NCBI GenBank assembly: GCA_951406725.2
Contig: OX597826.1
Coordinates: 55,490,001 to 55,554,000, forward strand
Direction: 5' to 3'
Origin: Octopus vulgaris
Taxonomy: Eukaryota
DNA length: 64,000 nt
Shown here: positions 25,011 through 40,447 of the stretch, piece by piece
How the letters are laid out: each line of letters starts with the position of its first letter
Numbering within the stretch: position 1 is the stretch's first letter
Translations under genes and position numbers: made by a program
The notes under the pieces: model-generated
The model's input: the letters and a program-made list of their open reading frames with translations, nothing else
Databases searched by the model: none
Told to the model about the DNA's origin: nothing

Positions 25011-25421
25011 AGGCGCAGGAGTGGCTGTGTGGTAAGTAGCTTGCTAACCAACCACATGGTTCCGGGTTCAGTTCCACTGCGTGGCATCTTGGGCAAGTGT
25101 CTTCTGCTATAGCCCCGGGCCGACCAATGCCTTGTGAGTGGATTTGGTAGACGGAAACTGAAAGGAGCCTGTCGTATATATATTTACATATATATGTGTG
25201 TTTGTGTGTCTGTGTTTGTCCCCCTAGCATCGCTTGACAACTGATGCTGGTGTGTTTACGTCCCCGTCACTTAGCGGTTCGGCAAAAAAGAGACCGATAG
25301 AATAAGTACTGGGCTTACAAAGAATAAGTCTCGGGATCGAGTTGCTCGATTAAAGGCGGTGCTCCAGCATGACCGCAGTCAAATGACTGAAACAAGTAAA
25401 AGAGAAAAGAGAAAGAGAGAG
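25011..25421 (+). mobile_element. SINE family A, full length
   Basis: Collinear with the other family A copies. Confidence 0.9.
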
Positions 25422-25667
25422 ACGTAATATAATATCTAATAGCTGATGCCTACTACCTCTGAATCCCCTCCATTTTCTTCTTGCCGGATAAGTATAACTT
25501 AAGTGAAAACCATTTTTTTTATCATCGCCCATTTATTACGCTCAGTAGTGTAATTGCCACGCAATAACCAACAGTTGTGTATTAATAAATGGGTATTCTA
25601 CCAGCAGTATATTGGAGAGATACTATCCCTTGGTTGGTTGGACTCACAACCTCCGACTCACTTTGAA

Positions 25668-25703
<36 letters not shown>

Positions 25704-26609
25704 GCATACACACATATTTATCTCCATAAATACCAATTTTCATATATGTGTGTGTGTGAGTGAATGAGTGAATGTGTATGTGTGAGTGTGTGTATATATG
25801 TATATGTATGTATATATATATACATACATATATATATATATATACACACACACATACACATAGATATATGTATATGTATATATACATGTATGTATATATG
25901 TATATATATATATATATATATGTATGTATATATATATACATCTATGTATACATGTATGTATATATCTATATCTTTCTCAGGTTACTTCTAAATCTCTTAT
26001 TCTCTCATAGTTTTCTACTTCATTATCTGGGCATCCCTTTTTAATCAACTTTCATTCTCTATCTCTCCCTTCCTCCCTCTTTAGCAATCCATCCCTCTCG
26101 CACTTCACTCTCACTAACTCCCTCTCTCTTAATTCATTACCTCCCTCTATCTCATTCTCTTTTACCCGCTATTTATATCTACCATCGTCTCCTCTTCATT
26201 TTCCATTGCTCATTCTCTCTTCCTCTCTCTCTCATACATACACACTGTCTCCCCCACCGTTATCTCTCACCACTCTCTTCCGCGCTGTTGGTAGATAGGA
26301 TCAAAGATTTGTTTCACTAATTTGATGTTACCAATAATTATCTAATTAAGTCCTTCAGTTGACTAAATAGTAAATCCAGTATGATTTAGTATCAGCAATC
26401 GAATATTAGACTGTTTGTCTATATTTCATATTTCTTTTAATCTTACAGAATTCAATGAATTTAGCTGAGTAAATACTATTCGGTATATTTATGTTTAACA
26501 CACGCAAGCACACATTAACTTAGGTATGTATTCGTGTATATACATAAATACATACATACATACATATATAAATACACACATATATAAATATATATATATA
26601 TTTATATAC

Positions 26610-26686
<77 letters not shown>

Positions 26687-27247
26687 TGCATATACATTTA
26701 CACAGAGATATAGTTTGTGTATGCATGCATACACACAAGCACACATACGCACGCGTGTGCATCGCATGTCTGCGTGTGCCAGAATGTATTTATTTTAGTC
26801 GATACTAAATCATTCTCCGTCATTTTACACATATAGACCCTCAGATACGTGTACAGACGCACAACCATATTCACTCATACATAGAGATGGACGTAAATAA
26901 CAAAACAGACCGATAGATAGACAAATATCATAAAACTAAAACCTGCAATGAGGCACGTATATATATATGATGTATATTTGGTATGTATATATACATATAC
27001 ATATATCTATGTGTATGTGTGTGTGCATATATATATGTATTATATATATGTGTGTGTGTGTGTGTTGTATGTATGTATGTACGCATCTATGCATGTATGT
27101 ATTGATGGATATATGTATGTATATATCCATGCATATAGATAGCTAGACACATAAATAAGAGTAAAATTTGGAATTTGTCACACGCACAACACACTACAAA
27201 CACAAGAACATCTATCTATCTATCTATTTATCAATCTATTAATATCC

Positions 27248-27297
<50 letters not shown>

Positions 27298-27966
27298 TGT
27301 GCTTACCTCTCTCTCTCTCTTCTTCTTCTTCTTCTCTTTTATTTATGTATGCATGTGCGTTGTGTACACGCACAGATAGACACATACGACGGCGTGCATT
27401 GTATACAACAGAAGAAAGTGATTGGATAGCAAAAATATAAACTCTACAAATATGCTGTAGAATTATAAAGATGAAGTAGATATAAGAAGTGAACTTATTA
27501 GATATGTTTCGTTGGTGTATTTTGGAAGACTGTTACCAAATGTAAACAGTAGAATTTTGGCATCGTCTCAAAGAAGATTATTACAAAACATCTACTTTTA
27601 TATTTTGAATTGATGTATTCTTTCTAACTGGTAGGAGACATTATATTTTATAGACCTACACACTTAAGCACACTCATACATAAACTCAGGGGCACGGACA
27701 CATGGACATACTCAGACGTTATCGCAGGCACACACACACGCACTCACACATACATACACACATATATGGGAACAACTATGACTGTGTGGCAAGAAACTTG
27801 CTTCTCAACCACATAGTTCTTGGTCCAATCCTACTTCGTGGCACCTTGGGCAAGTGTCTTTTATTATTTCCCCGGGCCGACCAAGCCTATATATATATAT
27901 ATATATATATATGAAAAAACAAGTCAAGATAGAAAATGCTAAAATAATTTTATAACACCCTTATAC

Positions 27967-28004
<38 letters not shown>

Positions 28005-28013
28005 ATGTATATC

Positions 28014-28350
28014 CCTGCCGTAAGGCGCCATTTCTACACACACCAGCTTAATTCAATTCATCCTTAGTCTAAAGACACCTGTTATTACGTCCTGTTATTA
28101 TTTTTATTGTATTTGTGTAACATTGTCCGTCTTTGATTTCATATACATTCGCTGCTTTCTTCCAAGGAATCTAATGCTCTTAACTTAGTTTTTCCTTGGG
28201 GCTGGCCAGATTGGAGCAAACTCGATTATAATAAGCCGAAATTGCGAAGATAATCTGGTACTAGACTGAGGAAAGAAAACTTCGAATGACCTGTCCTTGC
28301 TTTCTTTGTATCGTCTATCTGGATGTTTTGTTGTCCCATTTTGTATCTTA
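28014..28350 (+). mobile_element. Microsatellite-embedded dispersed repeat (family H2); second copy 46270-46525 on - strand
   Basis: ~200 bp (28145-28345) matches the reverse complement of 46270-46522; both copies are bracketed by TA/CA/TATG tracts. Confidence 0.8.
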
Positions 28351-28424
28351 CACACACACACACATATATATATATACATATATATACACATATATATGTA
28401 TATATATATATGCATATATATATG

Positions 28425-28474
<50 letters not shown>

Positions 28475-28637
28475 TATATATATACATATGTATATATATA
28501 TATTCACTCTTTCACTCTCTTATTTGTTTCAGTCATTTGACTGCGGCCATGCTGGAGCACCGCCTTTAGTCGAGTAAATCGACCCCGGAACTTATTCTTT
28601 GTAAGCCCAGTACTTATTCTATCGGTCTCTTATGCCG

Positions 28638-28735
<98 letters not shown>

Positions 28736-31402
28736 GGTGGAGAGAGAAAGATTACGTGATTTTAGAACAGCTTTTGAAAAAATAATTGAAATAAAATATA
28801 TATATCCGTGTGCGTGTGTGTGTTCATGTGTTCGAGTGAATCCTACATCGCTTGACAACCGGTGTCGGTGTGCTTACTTAACGGTCCAACAATGGAGAGT
28901 ATGCTTCGAAGGACAGTCAACTTTATTCAGATGCTGTGGTGTCCTGCTCATTCATTATAAAAGTCTCCACCACCATCCGAGATTACGTTTCATCATTAGC
29001 GAATGCTTTATTTTCATAAATCCGAGAGTATGCAGTGGTTAAGCTGCTGTGGAGGTGCACTCATGATCGCAAGATTATAGTTTCGCTCCCTTTCACTGGG
29101 CAATGTGTTATGTTCCTTCACGTTACTCAAGTCCGCTTAGGAGTAAAAATATTTCTAGTAGTAACTGGGAAGTGTTCTCTGCATTCAGAAAAGATGTGTT
29201 GTAATCAATGTCACGGTACGGAGATCGAGTCAAGCTCCAATCTTAAATCTGAGTGGAACTATAATTACCAATATTTAACTGAGGGTTGTGCACTTCTTTG
29301 AAATTATCCTTTGAAATTATCCATGGGATCAGCTAAAACAACTGTAGTAGACGGTGCTCGAGCATGTCCATTATCCAATCTCTGAGATTATTAAAAAATA
29401 GAAAAAAATAATATATGCATGTACATATGTGTATGTGTGTGTATGTTTGTGTGTGTGTGTGTGTGTATGTTTGTGTGTGTGTGTATGTTTGTGTGTGTAT
29501 GTGTGTGTGTGTACGCGCGCACGCGGTTGTGAGTCTATTTAACTTGTAGTGCATATACATCTGTTATGGTTGCTGTTGCTTTTATTTAACCCCGAGTTAG
29601 TTCTCATGGGCCAGGTCTACGACAAACGCATCTGATCCAGGATAGTCCCTTTTTCTATACTATGTATCCTTCAGAGTTTATCATGGTGCTGACGAAGAAT
29701 TTTATTGCTATTTTCAGTCTTGATTGTACAACTATAACCGCTTAATCATCGAGTTCTCTTAGATTTACGTAACAGAAAATTCCGCTAATGTAGAAAAATT
29801 ATCTCGGAGTGCGCGTGGACTTCTAAACTGAATGATCGGAATACCACAGCATCTAAATAAAGTTTTTAACAAGTCAAGCAAACATCTGGAAACTTTCTCT
29901 TTGGATTGAAGAACTGGGTAGCTGGAGGTTTACACTAAGCAGGAAGTGGTTTGTCATTGGCATTCTGCTTCTCGTGGTTCTTAACAGGTTGATGCCTCAA
30001 ATGTGGCGTAGAATTAGTTTGCAGAGTACTGGAAATGTATGGAGGATTGTTTGACTAAAATGTTCACCGAGCTGCCTTGAAGAATAAGTCACAAGAGGGA
30101 AGAGGAGAATGGATAAGGCGGATCCACCCGTAATTGCGTAAATGTTTCTGCATGATATAATACTGACAAGTATCCCAGAGGATCTAGCATATTCTAGTAG
30201 TAAGATGAACTGAGATAACGTAGAATAAATGCAATGGAATACCTGAGGGGTGGAGTGAACACATGACTACTCATTATTATTAAATTAACCCAATACGTTA
30301 ACCGTATTGAACTAAATACGTTAACTTATTGGACTAATTTATCTTCATTTACAATCTTATTTAGTGGTATGTTGGCATAATGTGATCGTCTGACATACAA
30401 ACACACCACAGCTAAATTTCATTCAAGCCATAACTTGCCACCTTAAATAAGGAACGGACATGCTGGGCTCTCCAACCTTGATATAAAACAAGGCATGATG
30501 GACATCAACAGAATGGTATGAGCTACGTAACAACAACTCTGATACTTGTAGACAAAATTATAGACGTGCAAGTCTCAGGAAATAAAAATTGTAATTAGTA
30601 ATCACTATTCGTGTTGTAATTAACCGTTATTCATATCACATCGACAACAAGAACACGTAAAATGTATTGTAGATGACGGTACTGGATTACCAGCTCCAGA
30701 GCTCTGAAATCACAACCACTATATGTCTTTTTGCACACTATCCAGATCAAAGGAGATATACATTTAATCTCCTTAATTCTTTCAACCCGAAGATAAGCAA
30801 TCATTTCTGAAAAAAAAAAAACTTCTTTGATGTAGTTGTTTAGATCCATGTAAACTCTTTACGAGCAAACCTGTGATAAAAGATATTCTAGCCGTGACTT
30901 ATTCCGCTGAACAATATAATCTCTCGGATATGAAAGAGACAAACACGGTTGGAAAAAGAAATGATACTTAATCTGGTCTGAATTATGGAGGAAAAAACAC
31001 CAAAAAATAAAAACAAACATGGAGGAAAAAAAGTGATGTCAACCCCTAGAGGATTTGATCTCAGAATGCTGAGCGAAATATTGTACTGCACAAAACCAAA
31101 TTCTGGTATCGCAATTCCTGAAATTCTGTTAATTTGGCAGAGATGACATGTTAGTAATTAAATAATGATTACGATATTTGCCACACGGAGTAACAATAAA
31201 GACAATTTTACAATACGGTAGAATACATCTGAATACTATAAACAGACAATGTATTACATGTAAAACTATTATTAAAAGAAATGTGATAAATGATATGTGA
31301 GCCTGTGTGTGTGCATGAGTGAGTGGATATATGTGTTTGTATCTATGTTTTTATGTATATATGAGAATGTATGAATATATACGTATATACACATACATAT
31401 AT

Positions 31403-31454
<52 letters not shown>

Positions 31455-31494
31455 ATATACACACACATATATAATTGTATGTATGCGTTATATA

Positions 31495-31550
<56 letters not shown>

Positions 31551-32114
31551 TATATATATATATATACATACCTATATATATGTGTGTGTATGCATGTATA
31601 CATAAGTGTGTATGAGCACTTGTATGTGAGTGTGTATGTGTTTGTGTGTGCATGTTGATAATAAATAAATGATTAGTCAAGCCTTAAAAAGAGGCGCAAT
31701 AGACACTGAGATAGAGGAGGAGGAGGAGGAGAAGGGGACAGATAAGGACAACCCCCCGTAATAATAAAATAGTAATAAAAATAGTAATAGTGATCTAAAT
31801 TTTGAGACATTAGCAGAGCGTGTGTAGTTTATCTTTTGTTAATAAATGGTGGACATTAGCAGGAATTATGCCGGCTATTGTTATGGCAGCTTTGACGATC
31901 ATTTGTTTACGCAACTTGCCATGCATGGAACACTGTTGAAAAGACTGTTTTCTATGGTAAACACAAAAATCCAGAGGAGGCATCAGTTTATACAGTACTG
32001 TCCCCAATGGATACAGTGTATTTGGCCGATTCTAAGTAAGAAAATTTCATTAAATGGACAGAATCTGGCAAGTGAACCGATTTCATATGAGAGAAGGCAA
32101 TACGGGTAGAGATG

Positions 32115-32210
<96 letters not shown>

Positions 32211-32236
32211 CATACATACATACATACATACGTAGT

Positions 32237-32300
<64 letters not shown>

Positions 32301-32433
32301 CAGACAAAGAGACAGAGAGAGAGACAGACAGGCAGACAGGCAGATAGATAGATAGATAGATAGATTTATAGATAGACAGACAAAGAGACAGAGACAGATA
32401 GATAGACAGAGAGGCAGACAGATAGATAGATAT

Positions 32434-32477
<44 letters not shown>

Positions 32478-32513
32478 CGAGAGAGATTTAGAGATAGATA
32501 GATAGAAAGAAAT

Positions 32514-32581
<68 letters not shown>

Positions 32582-33517
32582 TTAGTGTCGTAGATAGATA
32601 GGTAGGTAGGTAAGTAGGTAGGTGTGTAGGTGGGTATGTAGGTAGGTTGGTAGATAGATAGGGGGAGAAACAGAAAGAGGGAGAGAGAAAGTGATAGAGA
32701 GATATTGCGTGCTTGAGAGGTGTTAGTAAAATTGAGAAATAGAGAAACGGAGAGGAATAAAAAAAAAATGAAGGAAGGATAAATAGAGAGCACGCGATAT
32801 TCGCGTGTGATATAGGCGGATGGAGGCGGAAATCTCTCTGAGAAAATTCATTTTACGTCTGCAAGTAGCAAATTAGAGTTGAAAGGGTTAAATCGACAAG
32901 TATTTTTGAAGGCTGTAGACACGTTTATTCCTGCAACTGTTCGTAAATCAACGAAGCGTTTCTTTATATTAATGCATGTATAAGCCAACACAGCAAGCAC
33001 CGATGCAAGTAAGGTAGAAAAAGTTATTACTTCCCCAGTGTCCACTTCACAGCTTTGGTTTTTATACCGGAGAGATTGTTTTTCTGAAGTCTATTTTCAT
33101 CTAGTTTATTTGCCTCCTAAATCAGTCGCTTCTCTTCTTCTGTGCTTCTAAAGTCCCGTCAGTAATGTCAAGTATATTGGTTGATCAAAACCCATGTGCA
33201 AAGCATACATTCGTTACATCAGCTGCAACCATCTCATTGGCTTATTAAACACAGTGAATAGAAAGCTTTGTCATGGAGCAAATGTGCTGATGAATGAATG
33301 AATGAAGCAAACCACACGGAGAGAAAAGATATTCTTCGGGGCTGGAAGGGTAGAGCGATTTCCTCAATAAACTTCATTCAAACTTCGAGATGCCCTTTAT
33401 GTCACTGATGTGAATTGCAACTATGCTTTTGTGGTTGAAAGCTTTTTCTATTCCGTACGGAGTAATTATAAACTTCCAGAGAAGGAAACAAAACAAAAAA
33501 TAACATATATACAATCT

Positions 33518-33570
<53 letters not shown>

Positions 33571-34789
33571 TGCATACATCTATATATATACACACACACT
33601 CACTCACTCACACATATATAATCATGATAAAGCAGAGATAGTTAAGACTGCATTTTATTAACAGTATAGTTCAAACAGCTTCTTAATAAACATGACTGAT
33701 GTTAGGGTTTAGTTTAAATAAAGCTAGCATAAAAGACAGCATTGAGTGAGTAGCTCACAGGTAGATCCTCAATCCGAAGATTAAAAGGGTGGCGTTTCAC
33801 ACGTATGGCTTTCTCGATTAAGTATATTCATCTCTGAATGATGATGCCCATACATGTAGGCAACATGTAAATATGATACCCATTTCATTATACCGCTTAT
33901 TTCTTTGTAATTTTACGCGCTGGATGCCAGAATGGATAGAAAAGAGGGAGTTGTGAGTTATGAGCTCAAATTCTGCTGTATCTCATCAGGGATTTGAGAC
34001 TCTAACAGGGCATTGCCCCCAAATCATACCATGTTGTTTCAAAAAATATTGAGATATGCTGACCCAGATTGCCTATGTGTGAAAATACGAGAGGCTGCCA
34101 CAACTGAAATTCATTGGTCTATAAGGTTTACTAGATATGTTGAACAATATAGTAGATGCTATTCCAAAGGACGGGGTGTTCATGACTGAATCATGTCTGA
34201 TGCATCCGTTTAATTACATTTGTTCCACTTTGGACATAACTAACAGTTAGGACAACTACAATGGTAACAACTTCAATCACACTAAGGGATAGTAATAACT
34301 GAAATATGCCAAGTCATACATAAAATATGTTGTATGACTTCACTGTTCTGAGTAGCATGAAATATAATTAAGGGTGTATGGAGTAATGAGGACGACAAAA
34401 CGGAAATGGCTGAAGGAACTAAAAGAACGGTCAGTGGTTTGTATCCTTCCCATTGCATTCAGATGAATAAAATGCAACAAGAATCGCTCACCAATGGAGA
34501 TTCTCTGTAATCTAATCGAGAATCACTCAGTGATAAAGCTTATCAGTGTTAGGCAAAATATACGTTGTTAAAAATGTTAAGGTGGTTTGTTAGTCTGGAG
34601 ATCAAGTTCGCCACGGAAAATCTTACGTGTGATGAGTTAGCGTTCAGGATAGATTTGACTTAAATCTCATCTGTTTAATGGAACGGAATCTGAAGAAATC
34701 TGCACCGATGATTATACAAGGAAATCTTGGTAATCTTCTCTTGCGGTTGGATATAGTGTTTAATGTCTGCTAAGTGAAGGTTAATAATA

Positions 34790-34975
34790 GTTGAAATTTA
34801 TAGAAAAACAAAAGACGAAGAGAGGTGTATGAACAATAAGCAAGTGTATTAGTTTGACGCTCGGGAAAATTAAAAAGTCTTTTATGTTTTGAGCCTACGC
34901 TCTTCAACAGAAAGGGATAAGAGGAAATAAACAGAGAGAGAATGAAAACAAACTTGTAGATTTCAGCAGTCAAGC
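34790..34975 (-). mobile_element. Family H1 copy
   Basis: - strand CCTTT-CTGTTGA-A-GAGC gtag GCTC-AAAA-CA-TA-AAAGAC at 34877-34915; flanks match 18283-18420. Confidence 0.7.
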
Positions 34976-35909
34976 ATAGTGGGGTAGGACAGATGGTGGA
35001 GAAGGGTCACTCTTCCTTACAATAATAATGTAACCCTTTTTTTACATCATCATCTAGCTTTAAATGATAAACAGCATTCGGAATATTTGTTCAAAATTCT
35101 CAGGTGTAGTCCCTTTGCTTGAAAACAACATGAAAGAAACCGATATCAGCCGAAGCTCAGCAAATGAGAGGTATATTATTGCTTTGAAAATGGAAATGTT
35201 AAAATTAAAATAAACATGGAGACACTCATACATGCACGCACTGACACATACATGCACTCTCACAGACACACGCACGCTACTAAATCCACTTGAAAAGCTT
35301 TTGTCATTTCGGTGCTATAGTGGAATACACTTGCCCCAAGTACCACACAGTGAAACTGAACTCAAAACCGAACCACATGTTTTGGAAGCAATCGTCCCTA
35401 AACGTTTTATATAACTACTAAAATGCATTTCATCCATCCTAAACAATATTAACATCTTAGCATGAAATTACAAAACATTGCAATAGTCAAGATAATTAAG
35501 GATTCATCAAAATAGTTCACATGGCTAAGATTATTTAAGCATACAAAACTGCTTCTTAAAATAATACGGAGGTCGTCACCTTCGAGAATGTACAGGAAAA
35601 TCTCTATTGATTGCAACCGTAGCGAAATAATATATGTAAATCTCTTTCAGAAACTAGAATCGAATAAATCCAAACAGTTGGGGATGGGGGGTGGGGGGCG
35701 GTGAAGCACTTGGTTACACATACATAGTTACGTCAAGAGAATAAATCTCGGGAAACATTGAATATTAATCCTTAATCTTTACCTCAGGAAAGAAGAGAGT
35801 AATAGACTGAAAAGACTAAAAGCAAAGGGGAATAAAAAACAAAAAATATATAAAAACAAAAAAGTAAAAGAATTGGTAAGAAGATTGAATAAACAAGATT
35901 TTCTAAGCA

Positions 35910-35947
<38 letters not shown>

Positions 35948-36837
35948 TGATGATGATAATAATAATAATAATAATAATAATATAGAATTATGTTACGTAA
36001 ATAAATTAGTTACATTTTCAATTTAACCTATATGAAATTGGTTCTGATTCGGTTGAAATCTATGTAAGCAACATATTTTCGTAAGTACTAAGTAGCAATT
36101 GGTAGTAGAAGTAGTAGGTGAAACATGCGGGGGATGGGGGGAGGAGCAGGAAGGTGGGGGGAAAAGGCAGGAAGGGGGAGCACAAGATGATGATGATGAA
36201 GATGGTTGATGTTGTTGATGATGCTGATGATGATAAGGAAGTACAAAAAAGGTGAAGGAAAAGGAGGAGATGAGAAGGGGAAAAGGGAGAAGGGAGGGAG
36301 AGGAAGAAGAATCACGCAGACAACGATGATGATGACGATGATGACGATGATGACGAAGCCGACGACATCGATGATGTTGAAGATGATGATTATGACGACG
36401 ATGACGACGACAATGACGACGACGATGATGACAACGACGACGATGGTGATGGTGATGATGATGATGATGACGTTGACGATAATGATGAGAATATGTAAAA
36501 CGCGGTGGAATGAAAGAGGAATAAAAAAAAGAATTGTTGGACGAAGAAAAGACCTATTAAAGTGAAGATGATGAAAAATGAAGAAGTAGAGCAAAAAATA
36601 CAAGAACGAAAGACAAAAAAAAACAAAGAAGAAGAAGGGTTACGTGTGGGAGGCAGAAGGAAGAGGAACGAAGAAGTAGAAGAAGAAAAGGAGAGAAATA
36701 AGTGTGACGTAAACACCTACTTGTTGCACAAATTGTATCTAAGACACACATGCCAACTAAGCTTATCTACACTGGAGGTAAATGAGCATATCATGCATAT
36801 ATGCACATATATATATATATACATGCATACATATGTA

Positions 36838-36968
36838 GAAGCGCAAGCCTGGCTGTGTGGTTATCAAGCTTACTTCCCAACCACGTCGTCTTGGGTTCAG
36901 CACTATAGCTGTAGTCCGCCCAAAGACTTTTAAGTGGATTTAGTAAATGGAAACTGAAAGAAGCCTGT

Positions 36969-37043
<75 letters not shown>

Positions 37044-37220
37044 GTTATATACGCATTTTTTTCTTCCTTCTTTCTGTGTTTTTCTCTCTCTGTGTATCTT
37101 TCTGTTGAAGAGCGTATAAACGTTAAAGACTATTTATATTTCCTGAGCGCCATACTAATACAATTGTTCGTTTGTTTTCCACCTGCCTTCGTCTTTTGTT
37201 TATTTTCATAAAGCTTCCCG

Positions 37221-37264
<44 letters not shown>

Positions 37265-37556
37265 TGTGTGTGTATGTGTGTGTGTGTGTGTGCATGTATG
37301 TGCCTGCGTGTATGTGTGTGTGCTTGTTGTGTGTGGAGTGTGTTGGTGTGAGTGATTTTTCTTTACTCTGCAGTTTGTTCCCCATCGTTAATTGACAACC
37401 GGTGATGGTATATTTACGTCCCCGTAACAGAGCAGGAAGTTTCGCCGAAAGAAACTGTAAAAATACGTGCTGGCATCGATCTGTTTCTTTAACTCCTTCA
37501 GGATGGTGCCTCAGCATGGCCGCAATTAAATGACTGAAACAAGCAATAGATAAAGA
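36838..37556 (+). mobile_element. Old SINE family A copy whose internal (TA)n holds a family H1 element (37060-37222)
   Basis: Head 36838-36970, (TA)n, H1 copy with TCTTT-CTGTTGAAGAGCGTAT-AAACGTT-AAAGAC (37097-37130), (TA)n/(TG)n, tail 37380-37556. Confidence 0.75.
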
Positions 37557-37893
37557 ATGTATTTAAAATCACATTGGAGCGTTGTTTCATAAATTAATTA
37601 CGTCATTCAATTACATAATTATAATAATTTATGAATAGATTTTGAATTTTGTTTTGTTTTGTTTTGTTTTGTGTTGTTTTTTTTTTCTATATGAACTTCG
37701 CTCTCTTCCTCTTTATGGAAACTCATGAAAGGAAACTTCGATTGTAATACATAAGTTTTATTTTTGCCTTTTTTGTTTCTTTTACCATATGTAAGAATGC
37801 ATTCTGAGTTCGAAATATTGGTATATCAAGCAATATATATTTGAATCTCACTGTGCAATATGTGTGAGTGTGTGTGTGTGTGGGGGGGGTGTA

Positions 37894-37924
<31 letters not shown>

Positions 37925-37970
37925 ATGTGTGTGTGTGTTTGTGTGTGTGTGTGTCTGTGTGTGTGTGCGT

Positions 37971-38002
<32 letters not shown>

Positions 38003-38364
38003 TTGTTTGTGTGTGTGACGAATAACTAATTCACTTACAGAGTATGAAGTAGTGACCAACTTTATGAACCGAGTATCAATCGAGTGATTCCATATCATCC
38101 AGCAAATGTATTTGATTCAACATTCGTACCGTTTGCCGAACCGCAAAGTTACAGGGACGTAAAGAAGTGTGTGCATGTGTGTGCGCGCGCGTGTATTTTT
38201 CCTTTAATAAGTTCTGTGAATGACCAAAGGCGATTGGTATGTAAAAATATATAATACATCAACATGAAATAGTACATGATATTTTGCCTTTTAATTTTCT
38301 TAAAAAGATAATAATTGTTTTTAAATGTTGCACATTTTCCACTATTTTTTTTAGTTATATATAT

Positions 38365-38740
38365 GCAGGAGTGGCTGTATGGTAAGTAGCTTGCTTACCA
38401 ACCACATGGTTCCGGGTTCAGTCCCACTGCGTGGCACCTTGGTCAAGTGTCTTCTACTATAGCCTCGAGCCAACCAAAGCCTTGTGAGTGAATTTGGTAG
38501 ACGGAAACTGAAAGAAGCCCGTCGTACATATGTAGTCATATATATATATAGATGTGTGTGTCTTGACAACCGATGCTGGTGTGTTTACATACCCGTAACT
38601 TAGCGGTTCGGCAAAAGAGAGCGATAAAATAAGTACTAAGCATACAAGGAATAAGTCCTGGGGTCGGTTTGCTCGACTAAAGGCGGTGCTCCAGCATGGC
38701 CGCAGTCAAATGACTGAAACAAGTAAAAGACTAAAAGAGA
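38365..38740 (+). mobile_element. SINE family A
   Basis: Collinear with the other copies; a degenerate inverted head follows at ~38760-38915. Confidence 0.88.
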
Positions 38741-39544
38741 ATATAATACGGGTTTTCACACATTTTCCGCCCACCAAATTTTTTCTCACAAGGCATTTGT
38801 CTGCCCGGAGCTACAGTAGAACACATTTGCTCAAGGTGGCATTCAGTGTGACTGAACAAAAAAAGCACGTTGTTGCAAAGAGCCCTTCTCAACGACAAAT
38901 CCGTTCCTGCGCCTATCGAACTCAGCAAATTGAATGAAACACAAATTACAAAACAGACGCGAGGAAGAAAATTGGTAAAATCGAAAGTGGATAAAAGGAG
39001 ATTATAAGCTAAACACTGAGCTTTGGAAAAATAGTGAAAACCCCGCAAGATGTGGCATGTTTTGTGGTATAAACATTAGATTCTCTTCTCTCATAGGTGA
39101 ACGCATGTATCTGTTATGTCGTGTCAATTTAGCAAAAGCAGTGTGGTAGGTGGAATAGCATGACAGAAAGGTATATTAGTGTAATGGCTTACGATTGCAT
39201 GTATCAGGTTATTCAAAATCATACAAAAGTTGTTTAAATGAAACTTTAATTAAATTTTAATTATTTGTGTAAATAAGATCGCTGTCGTATTGATCGATAA
39301 TTCTATCTGACAATACATCTTGTTTACAGATAGATATACCTGTAGAATCTAAAGGTATATAGTGCTTTAGATAGCATATCACCACTCAACACATCCTGAC
39401 CTGCATGCTCCGAAATGTCAAGAGTTATATGGCAAACGTCATGCTAGAATATAAACGTATCAGTGTATTGTGTGATAGATAGAAAGATAGAATTGTGTGA
39501 TGGATAGACAGACGAATCGGCCGTCAGATATGCGTTTGTTAAGA

Positions 39545-39970
39545 CATGTATGTATATATGTGTGTACGTATGTATGTATGTATGTATGTATGTATGTATG
39601 TATGTATGTATGTATGTATGTATGTATGCATATAATTATGCATGTGTGTATGTATGTATATATGTATGTATATATATGTGTGTATGTATGTATATATGTA
39701 TGTATGTGTGTATGTATATATGCATTTATGTATGTATTATGTATGTATATATGTATGTATTATGTATGTATGTGTATATGTATGTATGTGTGTATGTATA
39801 TATATATGTACATTTATGTAAGTATGTATTATGCATGTATGTATTATGTATGTATGTATGTATATATGTATGTATGTATTCATGTGTGTATGTATGTATA
39901 TATGTATGTATGTGTGTATATATATATATATCTATATATATATATATATATATGCATTTACGTATGTATG
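39545..39970. repeat. (TATG)n-rich degenerate microsatellite
   Basis: Direct reading. Confidence 0.9.
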
Positions 39971-40252
39971 TAGGAACGGATGGAGGAATGGTGTCTGCAA
40001 GTATGTATTCGTGCATATATGTACGCATGTGTGTGTTTGTTTGTTTGTTTGTGTGTGTGTGCGTCTGCAGTCGCGGGCATGGCTGCCGGGTTAAAAATCT
40101 TGCTTTGCAGAAAGGTTTCGCGTTCAGGCCCAACGAATGTCTTGCGAGTGAAATTAGTTGCGGCGCAATGCTTTATACAACGCAACCCTAATTTACTAAA
40201 GTGAATATAATGTGATTTAATGGAAATATTTCTAATATTTCTATCAGGTTTA

Positions 40253-40447
40253 AGGCGGCGGGCTGGCAGAAACGTTAGCACGCCGGGCGAAATGCTAAGC
40301 GGTATTTCGTATGTCTTTACGTTCCGAGTTCAAATTCCGCCAAGGTCGACTTTGCCTGTCATCCTTTCGGGGTCGATAAATTAAGTACCAGCTGCGTACT
40401 GGGGTCGATCTTATCGACTGGCTCCTTTCCCCAAAATTTCGGGCCTG
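40253..40447 (+). mobile_element. SINE family B (alternative tail subtype)
   Basis: GGCGGCGGGCTGGCAGAAACGTTAGC head and central domain; tail CCCCAAAATTTCGGGCC. Confidence 0.85.
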
